Notes under the pieces: generated by a model
Told to the model about the DNA's origin: nothing
The model's database searches: none
What the model saw: the letters and a program-made list of their open reading frames with translations, nothing else
Shown here: piece by piece, positions 52,099-58,095 of the stretch
Layout of the letters: each line of letters starts with the position of its first letter
Numbering within the stretch: the first letter of the stretch is position 1
Translations under genes and position numbers: made by a program
From: a virus
DNA length: 58,095 nt
Virus record (IMG/VR): IMGVR_UViG_3300037454_000132
Location: 1 to 58,095 of that record
Reading direction: 5' to 3' (one strand)

Positions 52099-53134
52099 TA
52101 GGTTTCTGGGCTGTCTGGTGGGTGGCGCGCTGGGGGACGCTCTGGGCTACCCCGTCGAGTTTATGAGCATGAATGACATATGCCGCATCTACGGCCACCG
52201 GGGGATCAGGGAGCCGCTTGTAAACCGGCTGGACAAGACCGCGCATATCTCCGACGACACGCAAATGACCTTGTTCACGGCGAATGGGCTTTTGCTGGCG
52301 CACAACGATGGGCTTGATCTTACTGACGCCCTATGGATCGCGTATCAGCGGTGGTATTACACTCAGACGATGCGGTGTGAGAACATCGAGTATACGATCC
52401 GCCGCGCCGGTGATCCACTTCCGTACATTCTGGATCAACACGCACTTCACGCTTGCCGCGCTCCCGGTACTACCTGTCTGACGGAGCTTGGCAACGGACA
52501 CCGGGGCGCTCCCGGCAAGAATCTGAATGACCGTAAGGGCTGTGGCGGCGTCATGCGTGTTGCGCCCTGTGGTCTGTTCTTTGCGGAGGAACCGGACGTT
52601 GCGTGTCTGGCAGCGGTCAAGGCCGCAGCTCTGACGCACGGCCACCCGACAGGCTACACGGCGGCGGGGGCGTTTGCGTACATGATCGCCCGGATTGTGA
52701 AAGACGGGATTTCCATTCGGGCGGCGGCGGAGGCGGCTATGCAGCTTGTCCCGGCTATCTCCGACAACACGGAAACGGCTGAGGCAATCGAAATGGCCCT
52801 GTTCTATGCGGAACAGGACACCTACCCGCAGAAAGCTATAAACGTGCTGGGCGAGGGCTGGACGGCTGAGGAAGCCCTTGCAATCGGCCTGTACTGCGCT
52901 CTGAGAGGTAAGACCACAAAGGAAGCCCTGATACTTGCCGTCAATCACAAGGGCGACAGCGACAGCACAGGCGCGATTTGCGGCAATATCGTAGGCGCGT
53001 ACTACGGCTATGACGCGCTTCCGGCTGACTGGATCAAGGCGCTTGAGCTTGAGGGTTTTATCCGCGTGACGGCCTTTGAGCTTTACAACAACAGCGACAG
53101 CAAAAGAAAGGAGTACAAGGATGCTGAAAAGTGA
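52085..53134 (+). CDS. ADP-ribosylglycohydrolase (ARH/DraG family)
   Basis: GGALGDALGYPVEF, HISDDTQMT, GCGGVMRVAP, HGHPTGY, GDSDSTGAICGNIVGAYYG. An alternative ATG is at 52079. Confidence 0.85.
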   Translation: MRTIDRFLGCLVGGALGDALGYPVEFMSMNDICRIYGHRGIREPLVNRLDKTAHISDDTQMTLFTANGLLLAHNDGLDLTDALWIAYQRWYYTQTMRCENIEYTIRRAGDPLPYILDQHALHACRAPGTTCLTELGNGHRGAPGKNLNDRKGCGGVMRVAPCGLFFAEEPDVACLAAVKAAALTHGHPTGYTAAGAFAYMIARIVKDGISIRAAAEAAMQLVPAISDNTETAEAIEMALFYAEQDTYPQKAINVLGEGWTAEEALAIGLYCALRGKTTKEALILAVNHKGDSDSTGAICGNIVGAYYGYDALPADWIKALELEGFIRVTAFELYNNSDSKRKEYKDAEK

Positions 53135-53450
53135 AAACCCCTATAGCTGTGACTACGATTTTGTCCAGCAGGGCGGGGCTATGAACGAGCTGACCGTTAC
53201 GATCACGCTTGCGGAGTACCGGGACTTGATCGAGGACGTTACCCGCCTGAACATCGAGCTTGACCAACTGAAAGCAGAGAAGAAAGAGCTTGAGGACAAG
53301 GCGAAGTCCCTGAGTGAAGCCCTTGCCGCGTGTGAGCTGCCGAGGTGGATCAAGGCTTTCGCAAACAGTCTGGCCCACTGGGGCGAGGATCAGGACGACG
53401 ATTCCGACGACGAGGCGGAGGAATCTGAAGATCAGGAGGACACCGACTGA
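53121..53450 (+). CDS. Hypothetical coiled-coil protein with acidic tail (109 aa)
   Basis: AAAGGAG lies before ATG53121. The tail is rich in DQDDDSDDEAEESEDQ. Confidence 0.55.
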   Translation: MLKSENPYSCDYDFVQQGGAMNELTVTITLAEYRDLIEDVTRLNIELDQLKAEKKELEDKAKSLSEALAACELPRWIKAFANSLAHWGEDQDDDSDDEAEESEDQEDTD

Positions 53451-53704
53451 TGGACGTTGAGGACAAGCAGGAGCTTTTCGCGTGGCTGGAACAAAGCCTA
53501 AAGGCGCTGGTGGACGGGAACCCGGTCAGCGCGGCGGTTGTCGGGATCAACGACAAAGGCGAAACCCTGACCGGCTATTTCCACGCGGACGCTCAGGCAA
53601 AGGCGATATTTGCCCACAACATCAATGCTGATGCCATGCTTGACGTTGTTCTGAACAACATCGACATGGTGCGGGACGCTCTGGACGAGCTGGACGAGGA
53701 CTGA
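53450..53704 (+). CDS. Hypothetical protein (84 aa)
   Basis: ATGA-type overlap with the previous stop. Confidence 0.55.
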   Translation: MDVEDKQELFAWLEQSLKALVDGNPVSAAVVGINDKGETLTGYFHADAQAKAIFAHNINADAMLDVVLNNIDMVRDALDELDED

Positions 53705-53738
53705 AAAACTACACACAAAGAAAACGGAGGTAAGAAAA

Positions 53739-54527
53739 ATGTTCGACGCGATTAGAAAACCCACAGGCGAAGTGATACACGTTTATGCTGTGGAGGGCCA
53801 CAAATTTCTGATAACCGATGGCGGAATGTTCCTTTGGGACGATAAGGTGAACTACGCTCCGGTCAGCGGACAGGCCCCGGAAGTCAAAGCTGCACCGAAG
53901 AAAGACAACGCCAAGAATACCGCAACACTGTTCAAGGCTCTTGAGCTGGACTTTTCACTTGCGGATTTGCTTTCGCAGATGTGTTCTGGGGAGCTGGAAA
54001 TGTTTGTCGGAGATTACTTCACGACCCGTCTGAAAAACGGCAAGGAGGTTGATTTTGTTTGCACCGACAAAGACGGGCAGTCCTACCGGTTTGAGAGCCG
54101 GGATTGTCTGGGCCGGTATGATCCCATGACGAAGATTGACCGCTTTTTCAATGCGGTCTGGGCGGAGCTTCCTGATCCTTTGACGGACAGGATTATGGAG
54201 ATCATCAGGCAGTACAAGTCCGCTGACGGTGAGCTGATGGAACGTAAGTGCAAGCTGTTCCTCCCGTCCGCCTCTGAAATCTTCCCGGCTGACGAGTGCT
54301 ACGGGGATCAGGGTGTGTATGAACAGCTTGAGTGGTATAAGGACGTACACAACCGCATCCGGGCTTACGAGAAAGGCGGGGCCGCTGACTGGTACTGGAC
54401 GCAATCTCCCCGCTCAGGCAATACCACGCATTGGTGCACTGTCTACAACTACGGCGGTGCCGACTACGACCTCGCGTCCTCCACCACCATTGCCGCGCCC
54501 GTCTGCTTCCGTATTCCCCGAATCTAA
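53739..54527 (+). CDS. DGR target protein 2 (remote), C-type-lectin-like variable C-terminus
   Basis: The 3' end carries VR2. The C-terminus WYWTQSPRSGNTTHWCTVYNYGGADYDLASSTTIAAPVCFRI parallels target 1. Confidence 0.85.
   Translation: MFDAIRKPTGEVIHVYAVEGHKFLITDGGMFLWDDKVNYAPVSGQAPEVKAAPKKDNAKNTATLFKALELDFSLADLLSQMCSGELEMFVGDYFTTRLKNGKEVDFVCTDKDGQSYRFESRDCLGRYDPMTKIDRFFNAVWAELPDPLTDRIMEIIRQYKSADGELMERKCKLFLPSASEIFPADECYGDQGVYEQLEWYKDVHNRIRAYEKGGAADWYWTQSPRSGNTTHWCTVYNYGGADYDLASSTTIAAPVCFRIPRI
54404..54503 (+). repeat. DGR variable region VR2
   Basis: 100 nt aligned to TR 42435-42534 with 15 mismatches, all at TR adenines. Confidence 0.9.
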
Positions 54528-54541
54528 AATCCGCGCCCCTT
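54521..54541 (+). promoter_or_regulatory. GC hairpin downstream of VR2
   Basis: CCGCGCCC-cttgt-GGGCGCGG. The core sequence is the same as at 41859-41877. Confidence 0.7.
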
Positions 54542-54580
54542 GTGGGCGCGGCTACACAGCGAGAAAGGAGAATGCGAAAG

Positions 54581-54721
54581 ATGGCTTGTGATCCATGCCT
54601 CTTTTGTGAGTGGTACGCCATTGGTCAAGGTTGTACAAACCCAGATGTTCACCGGATCACGGATTGCCCAGAAATGAGAAAGGAGAAGCCGCATGAAACG
54701 CCTGACGATGAAAAACGGTGA
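54581..54721 (+). CDS. Small Cys-rich protein (46 aa)
   Basis: GAAAGGAG lies before ATG54581 (MACDPCLFCEW...). An alternative ATG is at 54572. The longer ORF from 54431 would run through VR2. Confidence 0.4.
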   Translation: MACDPCLFCEWYAIGQGCTNPDVHRITDCPEMRKEKPHETPDDEKR

Positions 54722-55112
54722 CGGGTATTCCCTCTGTCACGACAACTGCCCGAAGAAAGGCGACTGCTACGACGGCGCTGATTGCGCGGAGGTATTGACC
54801 GCGCGTCTGGGCGGATATGAGGACGCTGAGGAAGCCGGACGCCTTTTGCTCCTGCCCTGCAAGGTAGGTGATACCGTTATGGCCTACCTTGAGGACGCTC
54901 CGAAGAAAGGCCGCAACGTCTATCACCTGAGCGAATGCAGGATTACGGAGATTACTATTTCCGCCGACTACCCGGAGCCGTACTTTACGGCTGTCAGCAA
55001 GATCAAGGCGCTGTTTGACCGGTTTTGGCTGAGTGACTTCAACAAGGAAATCTTCACGCTGGATCAATACTGGGCGCGGGTGGACGCTACACGGGAGAAA
55101 AGCAATGCCTAA
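54693..55112 (+). CDS. Hypothetical protein (139 aa)
   Basis: AGGAG lies upstream. Clean ORF. Confidence 0.6.
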   Translation: MKRLTMKNGDGYSLCHDNCPKKGDCYDGADCAEVLTARLGGYEDAEEAGRLLLLPCKVGDTVMAYLEDAPKKGRNVYHLSECRITEITISADYPEPYFTAVSKIKALFDRFWLSDFNKEIFTLDQYWARVDATREKSNA

Positions 55113-55359
55113 GTACCCGAAGAATTACCACGATGTAGATTACTACGCCCCGAAACGTAAGCGCCCGGTTGCCGGATCGACAAAGGCCACGAGTGACTTT
55201 CTGGCCGTCGTCCATGAACAGCACCCCACCTGTACGATCCGGCAGCTCCGCGACCTGCTGACCGACAGGACACAGTACATTTTCCAGCCGGAGGCCGTAG
55301 CAGTCTGCGACGCCCATATCAAAGCCGGTTACGGCGACGTTATCCCGCACTGGCGGTAA
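55105..55359 (+). CDS. Hypothetical protein (84 aa)
   Basis: Internal ATG (MPKYPKNYHD) of ORF 55033..55359. It is the last + strand gene before the integrase. Confidence 0.5.
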   Translation: MPKYPKNYHDVDYYAPKRKRPVAGSTKATSDFLAVVHEQHPTCTIRQLRDLLTDRTQYIFQPEAVAVCDAHIKAGYGDVIPHWR

Positions 55360-55365
55360 GTTTCT

Positions 55366-55398
55366 GCAAGTTACCGGCAAGTTACAAGCAAGTTAAAA
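55366..55398. repeat. Three tandem 11-bp repeats (GCAAGTTAnnn)
   Basis: gcaagttaccg, gcaagttacaa and gcaagttaaaa starting at 55366, 55377 and 55388, between convergent gene ends next to the integrase. Confidence 0.85.
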
Positions 55399-55429
55399 TG
55401 CCCCGGAGGATTTACCTCCGAGGCATTTT
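55395..55429. terminator. Bidirectional terminator hairpin between convergent genes
   Basis: AAAATGCC-CCGGAGG-attta-CCTCCG-AGGCATTTT. It overlaps the last integrase codons. Confidence 0.65.
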
Positions 55430-57019
55430 CAGTATGAGCGCAAATACGTTCCCGTAAAAAACGAGTTCGTATGCGCGCGTTATGGTGGAGCATTGCGCGC
55501 GGCATCCGAACACCCCGGCCTTGCGTAACCGATCAAAGTCTGTGAATCGTACTTGTGCTTTGTCCCCGCCGAAATTGAAATTGATGGTCATTTCATCGTC
55601 GGTGATGTAGATGGAGTTCACAAACACGTCTACGAGCCGTTTTTGCCATGCTCTGTCCTTAAAGTCAGCTTCCCGGAATTGCAGTAGGAAAAACTCAATA
55701 TGCTCCCGCGTCAGATGAAAGCCGCCGTCGAGCTGCGTTTCAGCGATAGCCTTTGAAAGAGCTGTCCGCTGGGCGTCCAGCTCCGATAGGCGGCTTTTTG
55801 TTATATCCGTAAAGGGCAGACCGTTTTCTACGGCGCGGATCAGGTTGTTCATTGCCGTTTCCGTTTCGTGTAGCTGTGCTTCCAGCCCCTTGACCTTTTC
55901 CCGCCGCTGATCCTCCGCGAGATAGAACGCCCACACGCTGTCCGTTATAAACTGGATCGCTTCATCGTCCATGACCAGACCTTGCACCTGATCCATAACG
56001 TAGTCCTCAATCCAGTCCTGCCGGATCGCTTTTCGGGCGCAGCTTTTCCCGCGCTTATGGTTTGCGCAAAGGTAGTAGTTGTACTTTGCCCCGGTCTTGC
56101 TTGTACCGCTCTCTCCGACCATCTGAGCGCCGCAGGAGCCGCAGAACAGCTTGTCGGTAAGAAGATAGTCCGCCTTGCTCCAACGGGCCGCAGGAGCGCG
56201 TTGATTGACCTGTAGGAGCTTTTGCACTTTGTAGAACGTGTCTTTATCCACGATTGCCGGTACAAGCCCCTCCGTTCGGATTTCCCCGCCCTTGAAGCTG
56301 TAAATCCCGATGTACTTTTCATTCGACAAGACGGTACGCAGACTGTTCTTTGTGAACGGTTTGCCTTGGCTTGTGTGTAGTCCCTCCGCGTTGAGCTGAT
56401 TGATTATTTCGGTGATCGTCCACCCCTCCGCGTACATGGAATAGATGCGGCTGACGAGCGGGGCGCTGTCAGGGTCTATCACAAATTTGTGTTCCGGGGA
56501 GAGTTTGTAACCGAGCGGAACGCGCCCACCCGTGAATTGTCCTTTTTTGGCTGCTTCCCGGTTGCCGCGCTTGATGTTTTGGGAAAGCTGCAAGGAGTAG
56601 TATTCGGCCATACCCTCAAGGACACTCTCAAGGATCACACCCTCCGGGCCGTCCGGCATCGTCTCAGCGACATACTCTACCCGGACGCCGTGTTTTCGGC
56701 ACCGGTATTTGTTGAACGTGATTTCCTCCCGGTTGCGCCCGAAGCGGTCAACTTTCCAGACGATAATGACCTGAAATTGCTTTTTAGCACAGTCCGAAAG
56801 CATCTGCTGAAAATCGTCCCGGTTGTCGTTCCTCCCGGTCATAGCCCTGTCAATGTATTCGTGTATGATCGTGTAGCCTCTGGCCTCTGCATACTTTCGC
56901 GCTGCTGCAAGCTGCCCCTCTATAGACTGTTCGCCCTGACTGTGCGAGGAATACCGGGCATAAACGACGGCGTTCTTTCCGCCTTTGTCGAGGCCGTTAT
57001 AGTTTATCTGGACGCTCAT
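55412..57019 (-). CDS. Large serine recombinase (integrase)
   Basis: N-terminal resolvase motif VVYARYSSHSQ. Recombinase domain. Zinc ribbon CGSCGAQM...YYLCANHKRGKSC. GAGGGGG lies before ATG57019. Confidence 0.9.
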   Translation of the reverse strand: MSVQINYNGLDKGGKNAVVYARYSSHSQGEQSIEGQLAAARKYAEARGYTIIHEYIDRAMTGRNDNRDDFQQMLSDCAKKQFQVIIVWKVDRFGRNREEITFNKYRCRKHGVRVEYVAETMPDGPEGVILESVLEGMAEYYSLQLSQNIKRGNREAAKKGQFTGGRVPLGYKLSPEHKFVIDPDSAPLVSRIYSMYAEGWTITEIINQLNAEGLHTSQGKPFTKNSLRTVLSNEKYIGIYSFKGGEIRTEGLVPAIVDKDTFYKVQKLLQVNQRAPAARWSKADYLLTDKLFCGSCGAQMVGESGTSKTGAKYNYYLCANHKRGKSCARKAIRQDWIEDYVMDQVQGLVMDDEAIQFITDSVWAFYLAEDQRREKVKGLEAQLHETETAMNNLIRAVENGLPFTDITKSRLSELDAQRTALSKAIAETQLDGGFHLTREHIEFFLLQFREADFKDRAWQKRLVDVFVNSIYITDDEMTINFNFGGDKAQVRFTDFDRLRKAGVFGCRAQCSTITRAYELVFYGNVFALILKMPRR

Positions 57020-57070
57020 TGTTCGCCCCCTCAAAGAATAGGTAGATCACTTTGCCGCGTCGGATCGCTC

Positions 57071-57541
57071 TCACGCCTGTTTTTTCCTATCGGCCTGTTC
57101 TGCGTATTTTTCCTGCGACAAAAGCCCTTGCGCGAAGCCCTCCAACTTGCCCTTGTCTGTGTCGTCCAGCCGGTTATAAAGGGAGAGTATCAGCGGTGTA
57201 GCGTTGCGCTCCCGCCGCACGTCGTTTTCAACTGCGCGCTGGAACGCGACGGCCTTTTTCACGTCCCCGTCAAAGGCGTCGAGCTGTGGCCCCGCGAGTT
57301 CGGCCAAAAGGTCAGGGTTTGTGTAATCGGTAGGATCGTCCGTGCGCCCCAAAAGGTAGTCCGTCGAGACGCCGTACACGTCTGCAATCGCAGCGAGATA
57401 TTCCCCTTTAGGCGCTCTGTCGTTCGCTTTCCATGAGGAAATAGTACCCCGGTTTGTACCGAGGGCTTGCGCGGCTTGCTCTGACACCGGCTTGTAGCCG
57501 CGCGCAAGACACAATTTTTCGTACCGGTCAAAAAAGGTCAT
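57071..57541 (-). CDS. XRE/CI-type repressor
   Basis: HTH region SEQAAQALGTNRGTISSWKANDRAPKGEYLAAIADVYGVSTDYLLG. Divergent from the Cro-like gene. The longer ORF to 57610 would overlap the promoter. Confidence 0.85.
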   Translation of the reverse strand: MTFFDRYEKLCLARGYKPVSEQAAQALGTNRGTISSWKANDRAPKGEYLAAIADVYGVSTDYLLGRTDDPTDYTNPDLLAELAGPQLDAFDGDVKKAVAFQRAVENDVRRERNATPLILSLYNRLDDTDKGKLEGFAQGLLSQEKYAEQADRKKQA

Positions 57542-57581
57542 CTTGTTTTGTCCTTTCTGCCAGTACGAAAATTTTTTCTGA

Positions 57582-57656
57582 AAAATAGTCAAAGTGTATT
57601 GACAAGTCAAAATTCATAGACTATAATTACTGCGTAGCAGTCAAGAAACGTGGACT
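57582..57656. promoter_or_regulatory. Genetic switch: rightward early promoter with operators, and a divergent repressor promoter
   Basis: AGTCAA-N6-TTGACA (57587-57604), 17 nt, TATAAT at 57622-57627, then AGTCAA-N6-TGGACT at 57639-57656. On the - strand, TTGACT-17 nt-TATTTT reads toward the repressor. Confidence 0.7.
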
Positions 57657-57795
57657 TGCAAGGAAACCCCGCCGAGTTGTGGAAGATGGAGCGGCGTTCC
57701 GAAAGAGCGTACTGACACAGACAGTATAGCGCATTAGTCAAAGATTTTCAACTGCTATTTGTAAATTTTCATCATTGGAGAAAGGGAGTGAGAAA

Positions 57796-58020
57796 GTGCC
57801 GGAGAATTGGACTGCCGAGGTCGTAGGGCGTATGCACGTCGCCCGGATCACGCAAAGGGCGCTGGCTAAGGAATGCGGGTATTCCGAAGCATACGTTTCC
57901 GAAGTCCTGAACAGCAGACGTGACAAGGGCAGCGAACAGACGAAAGTGAACATCTACGCCGCTCTTGAGCGTCTTGAGGCCGCACATTCCGCGTCCGAGG
58001 ACGCGACGGTGCAGAGCTGA
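57796..58020 (+). CDS. Cro-like/XRE HTH protein
   Basis: ITQRALAKECGYSEAYVSEVLN. GGGAG lies 7 nt before GTG57796. The ORF track start at 57775 is TTG. Confidence 0.65.
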   Translation: MPENWTAEVVGRMHVARITQRALAKECGYSEAYVSEVLNSRRDKGSEQTKVNIYAALERLEAAHSASEDATVQS

Positions 58021-58095
58021 TGGACGCAACGGGAAAACCGAAAATCGACTTTTCCCAGATGGGCGAAGCCGACAAGCGAAATCTCTGTACCACGT
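57969..58095. repeat. Terminal overlap, identical to 1-127
   Basis: Read directly. See the feature at 1-127. Confidence 0.95.

Larger units (their letters stand above)
1..58095. mobile_element. Complete temperate siphovirus-type phage/prophage genome (circular assembly)
   Basis: Canonical module order with recognisable terminase, portal, MuF, capsid, tape measure, holin/endolysin, serine integrase and XRE repressor. The window ends overlap. Confidence 0.9.

Noticed and set aside
1-58095. GCUACAC is complementary to the conserved 16S rRNA segment GUGUAGC, so the polar motif could be a ribosome-pairing enhancer.
   Set aside because: This rests on my recollection of a single rRNA segment. Most copies are deep inside genes and in all frames. 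It is too speculative to report as a finding.

Overview
The window is a complete, GC-rich, temperate siphovirus-type phage or excised prophage genome, assembled as a circle. Bases 1-127 recur exactly at 57969-58095, so the unique length is 57,968 bp. Almost all genes are on the + strand; only the large serine integrase and an XRE/CI-type repressor are on the - strand.

Gene order:
- Cro-like gene and a replication/nucleotide module: DUF2800 nuclease, DUF2815 SSB-like protein, family A DNA polymerase, ThyX, a short C5-MTase-like protein, MazG-like protein, VirE-type primase-helicase, VRR-NUC and an SNF2 helicase.
- A sigma-like late regulator.
- An effector cassette: ADP-ribosyltransferase, papain-fold protein and JAB-like protein.
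- TerS/TerL, portal, MuF, scaffold and a capsid protein with an extra C-terminal domain.
- Tail genes: tape measure and a 1588-aa modular fibre.
- A diversity-generating retroelement: target, avd, TR and RT.
- Lysis genes: XhlA, two holins and a multidomain endolysin.
- About 8 kb of small early or accessory genes, including an ADP-ribosylglycohydrolase and a second, remote DGR target.
- Integrase and repressor.

I saw no tRNA, rRNA or CRISPR array.

Most notable observations:
1. A DGR with two variable regions about 12 kb apart.
2. A strongly over-represented motif, (G/A)CTACAC, that points the same way as transcription in 58 of 59 copies. An ACTACACAC subclass sits directly after stop codons at module junctions.
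3. Three copies of a 240-270 bp iteron-rich composite intergenic element.
4. A set of near-identical early promoters bracketed by AGTCAA-N6-TTGACT operators.
5. Free-standing toxin-type domains next to the packaging genes.

Host assignment (probably a gut Clostridia/Oscillospiraceae-like Firmicute) is only an inference from gene content and GC. All family names are recalled from motifs read by eye, not from searches.
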